Of a stretch of DNA of 64,000 bases, positions 1 to 11,214 are shown piece after piece. Position 1 is the stretch's first letter, and the number at the start of each line of letters is the position of its first letter. The stretch is from Lama glama. Lineage: Eukaryota. The notes beneath the pieces are model-generated. The model did no database searches and had not been told where the DNA came from. It was given only the letters and a program-made list of their open reading frames with translations. A program made the position numbers and the translations under genes. The stretch spans positions 56,484,001-56,548,000 of the forward strand of contig CM052817.1 in NCBI GenBank assembly GCA_028534125.1, read 5' to 3'.

Positions 1-89
1 AAGGAGGAGAAAAAAGATGAGGATGTTAATCAGGAGAAGAAAGACATAGGCACAAAGTGTTACCAAAATGCAAATAAAAATGGGGAAGA

Positions 90-589
90 NNNNNNNNNNN
101 NNNNNNNNNNNNNNNNNNNNNNNNNNNNNNNNNNNNNNNNNNNNNNNNNNNNNNNNNNNNNNNNNNNNNNNNNNNNNNNNNNNNNNNNNNNNNNNNNNNN
201 NNNNNNNNNNNNNNNNNNNNNNNNNNNNNNNNNNNNNNNNNNNNNNNNNNNNNNNNNNNNNNNNNNNNNNNNNNNNNNNNNNNNNNNNNNNNNNNNNNNN
301 NNNNNNNNNNNNNNNNNNNNNNNNNNNNNNNNNNNNNNNNNNNNNNNNNNNNNNNNNNNNNNNNNNNNNNNNNNNNNNNNNNNNNNNNNNNNNNNNNNNN
401 NNNNNNNNNNNNNNNNNNNNNNNNNNNNNNNNNNNNNNNNNNNNNNNNNNNNNNNNNNNNNNNNNNNNNNNNNNNNNNNNNNNNNNNNNNNNNNNNNNNN
501 NNNNNNNNNNNNNNNNNNNNNNNNNNNNNNNNNNNNNNNNNNNNNNNNNNNNNNNNNNNNNNNNNNNNNNNNNNNNNNNNNNNNNNNNN
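90..589. other. Assembly gap (500 N)
   Basis: Run of N from 90 to 589; the round length suggests a placeholder scaffolding gap, so true distance and contiguity are unknown. Confidence 0.99.
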
Positions 590-906
590 GTAATCACAGA
601 AGACCTTAAAAGTAGGGGAGGGTGGCAGAAGAGAGAGAACCACAGGGACGGCAGCATGAGAACAGTGTGACAACCATAGCTGCTGCCTTTGAATTGGGGA
701 AAGGTAGCCACAAAGAAAGGAATGTGGGTGCCTCTAACAGCGGAAAAAGGCAAGGAAACAAATTCTGCCCCCAGAAGGAGTGTATCCCTGAAAATCTTGA
801 TTTCAGCCCACTGAGAATCATTTTGGACTTCTGATCATCAGAACTATAAGATGATAAATTTGTGTTGTTTCCAACCACTGAGTTTATGCCAATAGCAATC
901 TAATAT
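590..906 (+). mobile_element. MaLR LTR, MLT1 family (MLT1D-like), 5' part lost in the gap
   Basis: MLT1 3' motifs GGCAAGGAAACAAATTCT...CTTGATTTCAGCCCACTGAGA...GGACTTCTGA...AGAACTATAAGATGATAAATTTGTGTTGTTT...AATAGCAATCTAATA. Confidence 0.85.
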
Positions 907-954
907 AGTACTAAAATGATCCTAAATGGAACTTTCTTAAAGAAGTCTTTCCAG

Positions 955-1020
955 TGTAACAGAATCGATTTGCTGTTCATCTGAAACTAACACATTTTAA
1001 ATCAACCATACTTCAATAAA
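955..1020 (+). mobile_element. Very short 5'-truncated L1 3' terminus (artiodactyl type) with 16-bp TSD
   Basis: TTTGCTGTTCATCTGAAACTAACACATTTTAAATCAACCATACTTCAATAAA tail; flanked by AAAGAAGTCTTTCCAG (939-954) and AAAGAAGTATTTCCAG (1021-1036). Confidence 0.85.
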
Positions 1021-1039
1021 AAAGAAGTATTTCCAGAAC

Positions 1040-1245
1040 ACCTAGAATAGTTCTCTTTGTTCTCCTTCACAGCAGTTCTCTCAATTTTAACTGAATAAAT
1101 ACTGTTTAGTTAGTATTTGTCACCTATTTGAGAAGTTAAGCTCAATGAAGACAAGGATTTCACACGTTTTATCCTAGCAAAATTCTCAAGTCTCAACATA
1201 AGACCTGACTCCATAAGTGCTTGATAAATACTTATTAGATAAAAT
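1040..1245 (+). mobile_element. L2 3' end relic
   Basis: Ends in degenerate L2 tail CCTGACTCCATAAGTGCTTGATAAATACTTATTAGAT. Confidence 0.5.
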
Positions 1246-1560
1246 TGATTTTTAAATAAGATATTGATTCGGTTTTACTCTTCTGGGGCTATCAAGGACC
1301 AATCTAGGAAAAATGAGTTTTGAATTCTTTAAATATTTTAAGAAAGGGATCACAAGAGAGTAAAAATATCTTGCCCAGAGGAAAACCTATTAGTGCTAGG
1401 ACTGCCTGCCTGACTTGTGAATATTTCTTCTGCCTTTTGAAGGCAGAGTATTCTCCTTCAGTCTGAATCTTAATCTACAGGACTATTTACAAATTGTCTT
1501 AAAAATAGAAAAGGTCCTAATATGATAGAACTGAAATCCTACAGAATAGAATTTAATCTG

Positions 1561-1741
1561 AGATCTCTCTCCCCATGCATGCACAGAGGAAAGGCCACGT
1601 GAGGACACAGCAAGAAGGTGGCAATCCACAAGCCAGAAAGAAGTTTCACTGGAAACCAGTTTTGATGGCACCTTAATCTTTCATCCTACAGAACTGTGAG
1701 AAAATAAATTTGTGTTGTTTCAGGCATTAAAAAAAGAAAAA
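1561..1741 (+). mobile_element. MLT1 (MLT1A-like) LTR fragment ending in an A-tract after its poly(A) signal
   Basis: GGCCACGTGAGGACACAGCAAGAAGGTGGCAATCCACAAGCCAG...AGAACTGTGAGAAAATAAATTTGTGTTGTTT, then A-run 1729-1741 instead of the LTR U5 end. Confidence 0.8.
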
Positions 1742-3008
1742 TATTAATGTCTTCTTAGTATAAATATAGAATGTTTAATAAATGCATGGTTGATATAAGA
1801 AATGAAAAACCAATCATTTAATATTTTATAATATTTTTCACACCAGTATTGCTTCCATGATAGTTCTATGTTCAAGGTTTGACAGCTAAGTAATACAAAA
1901 TAATAAGGAAAAAAAAAAACTTTTCCTTTAACTTAAAAGCAAAAGGAACTGGCTGTCTGAGAATGATTGGAAACACTAATACTGTCAAGTCACAGAAGGC
2001 TACCTAGGAAGTATCCAGGCATTTTTAAAAAGACATTATCAAATGCCATAAATAATGATTCTGTGAAGCCCTGTCACAGTTCAGACTGCCAATGCACTGG
2101 CATCTCAACATGAAGAACTGGCTCCAAACTTTCTGAGCATAACCAAATTCCTAGGAAATATGAGTAAATATCAAGAGAAGTGGCTGCTGTGTTGGCAGAT
2201 TTACTGGGACTTCAACCAAATGAATTCAGCAAAGGAAGCTTTAACTTGAAGCAAATAATCCTTGCATCTGTTTCTTAGGAAGCTATATTCTGTTACTTTT
2301 GCTTACTGAATTTTCAATTTTGTGGATTTCAGTAAATTATTTGTCTTAATTTCAAATACAGTTTTCATTTATTTTCTAGTAGCCTCTATATTATAGTGAC
2401 CACTAGCCAAAGTCAATTTACCAGACATATTAAAATTATTTTTTATGTGAGAAAAAGGTAGAAATGTTAATTGTACAATTCATAGCATTTTATTCTACTT
2501 GAAATTATCATTAGTCATTTAAACCAAAAAACGTATTATCATGCAAAAATAAGATTCTTATTACATTTCCTAAAAGGATACCAAAGAAACCTGTTCTGTA
2601 ATAACACTCTGGATTAAATAAGTCAACAAACATGTTTGGGCATTTATTATTTGTCACATCTTCTACTGGAGTCCTAGTGGAACTGATGGACAAATAAATC
2701 TGTATGATATAATACAGTAGAAACCATGATGAATGAATACAAATACATATAGTCCTTTAAAACACAGAAAAGAGAAATAATTCACTAAAGAAGAAAGCAT
2801 CTTTAAAATGGGGAATTGAGCTAAGCCTTAAAAGAAGGTGGAAAACGACTACTCTGTGTTTGATGTGGACATGCTAGGGAGAGTGCTCTATTTACCTGTA
2901 GTGTTTGTTTCAAAGCAAATGTATGATCCAGGGGTCTAAAGATTTTTTTACTAACAAAAACACCTCTACTATATAAATAGTATATAAACGTAGTACTATA
3001 TCACTACA

Positions 3009-3794
3009 GTGCATGCAAATGACATGGAGGTGAACAGGAGGAGCCAGAATGTGGGGATTTTTCCGTGTGCCCTGGACAGAGATTGGGTAGTTGGGTGAGG
3101 GGCCTCATGCACCAGACGGACGAGCTGTGGGCACAGAGAGCCTCCTGGGCCATGCTGAGCCACCAGTGCTGTAAAGAGGTTATGGCCAAGAAGTAGTCCC
3201 ACTGAGCCTGGTGCCTCCACCACTGTGGAGTTCACAGGGCTGCCCAAAGGCCTGGGTCCCCCCTCCTCCCAGGCCATAGCCCCTTGCCACCCCACTGTTC
3301 CTCTGTGGCTGGCACCTCCACCACAGCTTCTGATGCCACCACACCCGCCCCTTGCCTATATTATCCAAGTGCCCTACCCAAACCCTGAGTAGTATCGCCC
3401 TCTCTCCCAAGCTTATTTCTCAGTGGTTGAAGACCCCTTGGGTGGGGACTTCCTCATTGTCCCGAACACCATCCCAGCTGAAACTGGAGCTGGCATCTAC
3501 ACTGTCCACATCTTCCCCAAACCTCCCAATGCTCTAATGCTCTGAAACTCACAGGATGAGGAGCAGCCAGTCTGCTTGTCGGCAGTCCCAGTGCTCTACT
3601 GGCTGTTCCCCCCAAACCCCCTTCTCTCCCCAACACCCCATCTCCTGACTTATTGGCTTCAGGTTGGCAGCACTGCCCATGTCCCCTGCCCACCTCCTCC
3701 CAACCAGCAACTTACACTCTGACCCTGGTCCCCTCTACTGAACTGATGTCCACAGGATACCAACTGTGAAAAACAATAAAACTATACTCATATA
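3009..3794 (+). pseudogene. Processed pseudogene, 5'-truncated, parent gene not identified
   Basis: Abrupt GC-rich island in AT-rich DNA; AATAAA at 3775-3780; near-direct repeats TATATCACTACA (2997-3008) and TAAATCACTACA (3795-3806); protein-like frames broken by stops (TGA 3020, TAG 3194, TAG 3390). Confidence 0.7.
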
Positions 3795-3909
3795 TAAATC
3801 ACTACATATAATTTTACATATTTATATAAAAAGTGGGTAAATTTTACATTTTTAAGAAATAATTCTTTCTACTAAAATGCACATGGCTTATAATAAGACT
3901 TATTGGTTA

Positions 3910-4803
3910 AGACTTTTACTACTAGTCAGGATGTAGAAATTAAATTTATAAGAAACCAGCACTTCCATCATAAATACATGAACAAGCCAGATAAGTCATA
4001 AAATCTTCATAGGTTTTTGTTTTTGATGATTTTGGTGTTTTTTTTGTTTTGTTTTGTTTTTCTTTGCTTTGCTTTGTTTTCTTACCATACTAAGAAAACT
4101 AAATTCACTGAATGAAATTAACTATGGCAGGCATCCTTTGAGATGATCACTGATGATCCCCTGGTTCTTGCTCTTCTCTGAATGCAAAATAGTGGCCCTT
4201 TGAAGGTTGTCCCTGGGTCAAGGAAGCTACTGAAAATCTCTTTAGTCACTCCACATCTTCACTGACTACGTTGGAGCAGCACTCCAAGGCTACAGTAATG
4301 GTAGGAGGACAGATGCAGATTTTCCAATGCCCAGAAAACTAGGGAAAGGGCAGAAGAAAAATCAAGCAAATGATCAAACAAAAAACATCTCCAGAGCAAA
4401 AAGGCTGGCAGCCAGGCTGTGATGCAAAGAAAGACCACTCACAGTTGGGAAAACTGGAAGTAGTTTAGGAAAATACAAAGGTTTTGTTCGAGTCTCTTTA
4501 GTGCTCAGAGTCCAAGACTTGCCGAAGGAAAGTCTACATTGTGCCTTCAAAATATTTGACAATAATAACAAACTGAAAATAATAACAATCTGTGGGAGAG
4601 GATGAGCTCTGCGTCCAAAAATAAATTTGCAGCCAAGCCCGTGCTCAACTGAACTACAGAACACCCAGTCCTTACCCTCACACACATACTCTAAGAGCCT
4701 GGTAGAAGGTAGGGATTGTACTTTTTCTGGAGGTAAGTATTATTTACTTCATTGATACTTTATTTCTACAATGATTGTCATACAACCAAAAATTATGACA
4801 TAC
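3910..4803 (+). mobile_element. Old L1 (L1M/L1ME-type) 5' region, degraded
   Basis: 3' part resembles old L1 5'UTR: AGCCTGGTAGAAGG...TTTTCTGGAGGTAAGTATTATTTACTTC...CATACAACCAAAAATTATGACATAC. Confidence 0.55.
4010..4080. repeat. Low-complexity (GTTTT)n / (CTTTG)n simple repeat
   Basis: Directly visible T-rich pentamer array. Confidence 0.85.
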
Positions 4804-5054
4804 AACATCAATAGCATCTACAACAAGCAAAGCATATCATTCAGATATCTATATTTTGATAGTCTCTTGAAAAATAGATAAGCATTGTATCTCTGACTTG
4901 GAGTAAAAAAAACATACATTTTTGATGTATAGAAATTCAGTAAGTTAATATAAAAGCTATACTTATTATTAAAAGATTAAACAATCTAGTAGTTTTAAAA
5001 TAGTTAAATAAATAGAGTAATAGAATCTCCTTGCATTTCTGAAGTTAAGAAATA

Positions 5055-5174
5055 TTCTGCCAAAGTTCAGTAGGTATTCTGTGAGAATTGTTCTGTCTGT
5101 GGGTGTAATTCTTGTGTATCTGTGGGAGAGGATGAGCTCTGCGTCCTTCTATTCTGCCACCTTGGCAATCTTCC
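5055..5174 (-). mobile_element. Isolated L1 5' terminus (first about 120 nt of a laurasiatherian-type L1 5'UTR)
   Basis: Minus strand reads GGAAGATTGCCAAGGTGGCAGAATAGAAGGACGCAGAGCTCATCCTCTCCCACAGATACAC...AACAATTCTCACAGAATACCTACTGAACTTTGGCAGAA, matching the CAAGATGGCGGAGTAG...-type L1 start. Confidence 0.75.
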
Positions 5175-7964
5175 TAGAAATTTTTTTGTAATGATGATAT
5201 GTGGCATTGGCCTGGGCTCTGGGCTGAAATCGATTTTAATCTGGAAACATTCGGCTTTCAGGCAAATGGTGAATTCAATAATCCTCTGAAATAAGTAGCA
5301 ATCTTGTTTCCCAAAACCTCAGCATTTTTTTCCGGAAAATGGGTTAGAGAAGAGTGGCCCTCCTCATGCTTCTGGAGCCACTGGTAGTAGCTCCTGTCCT
5401 GCAGCTCCTCAGTGGCCCTCCCCTTTCCTCCTCTTTTCCCCAAACCAAGCCTGTCCTGCAGGTTACCTTAACTGATACCTGATGTCTTCCATCTTGTAAA
5501 TCCCTGGAAGGTGCTGGCATTTGAAAAATACACACCACTAGGCTATTAACACACTTTTTTTTTCCAGTGTGATTTTTACAAGACTGCATTTTAAAGAGCC
5601 TTTGTAAAAGCAAAGCATGTGCCTAATTATTAGTAACAAATGCTGTGTATTTAGCAAATTGAAAATGCAATAATTTCTTAGACTTCTAAATGCTAATGAA
5701 TTAACTGAAAAATCCAGAGCTGAGTTCCTCGTTGCTGCTTCTATACATTTTATAGAATTCTATTATAGAGTACCAATCAATTGAGAAAGCAGTTCAAGTC
5801 AGAAGTGCTAGCTTATTCATAGGAACATTATTAAATCAATTAACCTACTAATGGCATCTGCCAGTTCATTTTTAGGAACGGCTTAGCAGCAATAAAATTA
5901 AAGTATAGTCATAAATTTTTCTCTGTTATAGGTACTGAAGAAGAAAAATACTAAAACTGTTTTTTAACTTTGTCTTTAACATTAATCAGATTGCTTTAAG
6001 AAGCTCAGAAAAGAGGTTATGCTATCAAATGAGAAATCTATTTTGAAACCATTTCCCGGTAAGTGAAAGTTATTTTTACATCACCTTTTTTAATTGCTGA
6101 AAGTGCAGTTACCTTCACACATTTACTCTGTTTAGGTAGAAAATGAAATAAATCCATGCTGCTTCATTTCACATCATGCTGCTTCTGCCTGGTTTTCCCT
6201 CACTAGCTTATCTCCCGTACTGTCAACAAACAGACCCAGCTACTGTCTCTTAGAAAGATGTGACACAAGAGAGAATATTTGAAAGAAGTATATTAAGAAT
6301 GAAAAACAAAATTTTCCGATGTGTTTGCTTAAGGTTTAGTGAATCTGGCCTGCACTAGTCAGAAAATGAGAAAGATTTAAGAAACAGTTAAAATGTAGTC
6401 TTCCCTTAGGAAAAATTGGTATTTCTTCAATGAGTCAGAGCATATGTTAAAATCATTATAAAAAAAATGAATTTTTGTTATGGTTGTGTGGGAAAATACA
6501 GGTTCCCTGCGTATTTAGAAACCTAAAATTTAGTCCATAATGGACTATTCAAAATAAGGTCATTTCAGATCTCCGCAAAAAAAGGGAAGAAAAAGAAAAA
6601 AACAATTGGTTAATGATGAAAAAGATTAAGACTGCATGAAAGAATGTTTGCCTCATGATGTCTGAAGTATATTCAAACAGCCTTTTATTAATGTAGAAAG
6701 AAATCAAAAGAGCAGCCTTTTTTTTTGAAAGAGAATTATGTTTTTTTAAGTTGTCTTTCTATCCATCTTTAATGAACTTGCTCCTAGCAATACTGAAGTA
6801 AAATTAAGAATAAACATATATGTATCCCAAGTCAAAAATAACTTTCATATAGAACTTTTTACCGTGCTGGCAGTAGCAATAAGCTTGGATAAAAGGTAAA
6901 ATTTGTACTTCATACTGGACGAGGGAAAAAGCAATCTTATTTCAGTTCTCTTGCTGATTATATTAGATGGCACTGCAAGTTAGTAATACGTCAAAGAGTA
7001 AAATTTCACATTTCTGAAAGCTGAAAAACCTTATTTTCAATGGGCTACTTTTCCAAAAGTTGTTTTTAATGTTTACATAATCATAGGAAAAACCACTGGG
7101 TCAATTTCATCTGTTACAGCTTGAATGACTTATCTTCTTTTCCTAGAGTTTCGCTGTCTTGTGTTTGGGCCTGCTACATTTTAGCCACACATATTCTGTG
7201 CTAATTAGACTTTTATAAAATATCACTGATTCAAATACTATTCCAGATGAAGTTCTGATTTATTAAATTGGTGCCACTGGAATATCTGAAACAGTACTAA
7301 ATTATAAAATAGCCTGGTCTTCTGACTTTAATGTCCTGGATGATCATGCTTGGGAGGTTTCGAATGTCATTGTTTGAGATATTCCAAATTATTTGAAATG
7401 CTTCAGATGAGAGGTATAATAGCTTTGCAGCACTCATGTTCCCATGGCAATTTGTGAAAGAAAACCAAGCTCTCCTCTTTCAGTTAAAGCCAATTTAATC
7501 CTTTGAATTAAAGAGCTATGTCCAACTTTATAGCAGCTGAGAAATCAGGAAACATGAACTTTTGGAACTCTATCTCAGCATATGATTTTAAGAGGGAAAA
7601 GTTGATAAAATACCATTTGTGTAATTTATTTAATCTCCCATAACCATTGTGTAAGGGCATGCAAAAATGTCAAGGATAGGAATTTCAATGCTTATTGTCT
7701 GCTTCAAGCCCAGAGGAAACTACAAGGCAAAATGATGAAATACCTTTCCTAAGAAATTGAAAAATTTTCTCTAGTCCCAGACATTGCATGTGGCCTTCCT
7801 TCATCAAAACTCAAACCCTCAAATTAAAATATGTTACTCAGAAAGCAGTAGCCTTTTTCAAAATTCTGAAACTCGATAATGTCTTATAACCTAGTGTATA
7901 CTACTTTCTACTATTTGATAAGCTTAAACCCCCTCTAAGACAAATCTCAGTGCATTCCTAAGGA

Positions 7965-8885
7965 TGCATTTTTATTTATTTATTCATACAGGCAGAATTC
8001 ATTAAGAACCAATGAAACGTCAAGCATTGTGCTAGATTCTGGGGAAGATAAAAAGGAATAACAAAATATTGTCTGTGATCTGAGAACTCAGTCACTGGCT
8101 GGAGAGAGACAGATGTGCAAACAGTGCTGGTTCTACTGTATATAAAATCAAATACTGAAACACAACGTGGTACAAGGTAGAGATAAGTACAACATGTTTT
8201 GTGAATGCCAAGGAAAGAGCAACTAATTCTGTTAGATGGAGCAATGGAAGCCTTAAAGTTAGAAGGAATATTTGAGCTGGATCTTGAGAGATAAATAGGA
8301 TTTTATGAATCAGAAAGAGTGCAACCTTAATAGACAGCTGAATCTACTTACACAGACATAGAAGAACAATGAGCTTTGCTGGTTTGTAAAAGACCATCAG
8401 TGGTGATAAAGTAGAGATCTCATTTGAAGGAGACTTGACAGGTAAAACTGGAAAAGCAGGAGCATCATATAAAAAAAAGAACACATATATCAAGTTAAGG
8501 GGTTTGCTATTGATTCAATTAATGGTGACTGAATGGAGGTTTTAAGCCTAAAACTTGTATGATAAAATCTGTGTTTTAGAAAAGTTCTCAGGTGAGCAGA
8601 GAGAGAAAACTAACAAGGGAAGAGACTGCTTACAAAGAGGACCAATAAAAGGTGGCACAAAATAGTATACAAGATTTTGAATGTTAATGCAATAAGGATG
8701 GAGGGGAAAACATGGATTCAATTGTTTCTTGGGAAACTGGATGGAGTATAACACGGAAAACAAAGAAGAAATATACAGGTAAGGGAACAGTACAGGAAAT
8801 GGAGGAGAGGAAGGATAGTGAGATTAGTTTTGGACACTTTAAGCTTAAATGGTCTTTGAGAGATAGAAAAGTTATCCAGTAGCCC
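7965..8885 (-). mobile_element. L2 LINE relic
   Basis: Starts TTTATTTATTCA...GCATTGTGCTAGATTCTGGG; contains ATTTGAGCTGGATCTTGA and GTTTTGGACAC motifs typical of antisense L2. Confidence 0.8.
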
Positions 8886-9064
8886 AGAGGTCAGCAAACA
8901 TTTTCTGTAAAGGGCCAGATATTAAATACTTTGGGTTTTGTGAGTCATATACATCTCTGTCATTCTGTCATGAAAGTAGTCATTGATTCATATAAATAGG
9001 TGACACTGTTCCAATAAATTTTATGTACAAGAATAGGTCCTTTGATCATTGTTTGCCAAACCCT
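8886..9064. mobile_element. MER58A (hAT-Charlie MITE)
   Basis: CAGAGGTCAGCAAACATTTTCTGTAAAGGGCCAGATA...TGTTCCAATAAATTTTAT...GTTTGCCAAACCCT with matching TIRs. Confidence 0.9.
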
Positions 9065-9094
9065 ACTGTAAAGTGTTGAAAATAAGTGACTTTT

Positions 9095-9702
9095 GCAAAC
9101 ATGCCATTGTCTCAGGTGCATTCCCTCTGAACAGATGCTGCGAAGGAGGTGCATGCAGTGAGTTTAGTGAGGAGTGCACTTTAGAATGACAAATGTAGAG
9201 AAGTAAGGAATGCATGCTTAAGCAGAAGTAGAACTTGAACCTGTGGTATGCTGGCAGCAGTTTAACAAGTTCTCTGGAAAAAAAAATCCTTGATTTGTAG
9301 CATTAGCTGATTTTCATGATGTATTTCATTATTTCAAGCTATCAACATAAATTCACTGAATGCAAAATCGGGAAGGATGCACAAAACTGTCTCCTAGCAG
9401 ACACTTGGAACTGGCCCCAGCACATCATTGAATTGAAATATAATGCAGCTGCAACAGAGGACTCAGCTGATCCCACATAGCATTTGGGAGCTCAGATGCT
9501 CTCCAGGAAGAGCAAATTGAAACAAGAGGGCTAGGTGTTTAAATCTTTATAGTCATTGGGAGTGAGCTGCCCAAGGAGAGGACAAAAAATCCATTGAGCT
9601 AAGGACAATTCCTGGAGAAGAGTTAGCTGGGTAGCTCAAAGATGGGGTATCTCAATACTGTGAAGATTATCTGGGCTGAACACCACAGTACTCATGGACT
9701 AC
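9095..9702 (-). mobile_element. ERVL LTR (LTR16-like), interrupted by MER63A
   Basis: GCAGCTGCAACAGAGGACTCAGCTGATCCCAC...GGACAATTCCTGGAGAAG...ATCTGGGCTGAACACCACAGTA resembles antisense LTR16. Confidence 0.65.
9241..9430. mobile_element. MER63A (hAT-Blackjack MITE)
   Basis: CTGTGGTATGCTGG...CCTTGATTTGTAGCATT...ATTTCAAGCTATCAAC...CCAGCACATCATTG; TIRs at both ends; degenerate 8-bp flanks ACTTGAAC / AATTGAAA. Confidence 0.85.
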
Positions 9703-10034
9703 CAGGTAGGAGACTGCATTTGTTCATATGAAATTATATTTGATTCAAGTTTTTTTTTAATAATATTTAGCCTCCCCAAATAATAGCAACTATAATAGCA
9801 ACTATATATGTCATGACCCCACATTTCACAAAATACATCTTCTGAAGTTTTCCACTGATTATTTTATTAGTCAGGTTGACTTGCTTTGTGAGAAAGTGGG
9901 AAATGAGTAAATTAAGCAATGCCTATATCATTTGATACCATCAATAATAGTACCGAAGTTAACAATTATGACTTTCATCCTTTGCTTAATTCAGTATGTT
10001 TCTTCTCATTAAGAATCAGCCTTAACCGTAACAA

Positions 10035-10195
10035 TGAGCATAAGCATCTGGAGACAGAGAGACACATTTGAAAAATGATTCATTATGTCATTCTATACCT
10101 GACAAAGTATCTGAACCTCTCTGAGACTCCTTTTCCAAATCTATATGCTGAAAATAGTATCTATTTTGCTCATAGTTGACATTAGATATAATCTG
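10035..10195 (+). mobile_element. MIR SINE
   Basis: Degenerate core AAGTATCTGAACCTCTCTGAGACTCCTTTTCCAAATCTATA. Confidence 0.6.
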
Positions 10196-10353
10196 TACTT
10201 TCAATCTTGCCCATCATCATTTTTCATGTGTTCAGTCTGCTCAATAATAGTAACAACAATAACAAAAGTTATGAATTATATCTCTTCCTTAGACCCACTG
10301 TCTTATTTTGTCCTTTCTTTCATAGCCAACCCTCTCAAAATTGGTGTCCACAC

Positions 10354-10515
10354 CAGTGCTTCTCAAACTTTAATTTGCTTAGCAATCACCTGGATATCTT
10401 GTTAAAATGTATATTCTGATGCAGTAGTTGTGAGGGGATTCTGCATTTCTAACAAGCTCTTTGCGAGGGCTGATGCCATTGAGCCATAAACCACTGTTTG
10501 AATTGCAAAGGTCTA
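10354..10515. mobile_element. MER5A/MER5B (hAT-Charlie MITE)
   Basis: CAGTGCTTCTCAAACTTTAA...AATCACCTGG...CTTGTTAAAATG...CTGCATTTCTAACAAGCTC. Confidence 0.9.
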
Positions 10516-11177
10516 TTCCTTACTCCTCTGCCATCAGGCTCAGATAATAGAATGGATAGTAGAACACCATTCATACCACTTGACTGCGTAGCTGCAGTGC
10601 ATCCTTTTTAGTCCCTAACTTTGGTGAACTCTCAGCAGCCTTTGATATTGCCAGCAATGTGGTGGCGCTATTATCACTCCTAAGCAGACAACTGCCATCT
10701 CATCCCCAGGACTCTCAGCAACTAGTGAAACCATGATCAGTTGGCCTCGCTGCAATTTAGCAGATTTCACCTTATCCCTGAGAAACCATGCAGTCATGTA
10801 TTTCTCTCTTCTGTCTTACCCCTTAACATGGTTAATCTCTTCATCCTGTAGCACAAAATTTAGACTCAATCCCTCTGAGAAACATTCCACTTATAGGAAG
10901 ATGGAGAATATTGTGAAATTAAAAGAGAACAAAATAATTATTATATTTTTAAACCAGACAACAATATGCATGCTTTTTCTATTAAAGCATGATTTTTGTT
11001 TCTTTTTCTTTTTCCAAGAAAAATGTGAATCATGTGAGTTGGCTAGTGTAATGTCAAGTCAATTTAAGGCACTGATGTGTTCTATTATCTGAGCAGGCAG
11101 ATGCCCACACTGATCTGTAAAAAAAGGGGGAGTATTGTTGTACCATACCAATAAGTACGGTTACTCTTTCTACTAAC

Positions 11178-11214
11178 ATACACACACAAACACACACACA
11201 CACACCACACACAC
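11178..11214. repeat. Imperfect (CA)n microsatellite
   Basis: Directly visible. Confidence 0.9.

Noticed and set aside
26..673. 200-215 aa ORFs at the window start
   Set aside because: Artefacts of translating through the 500-N gap.
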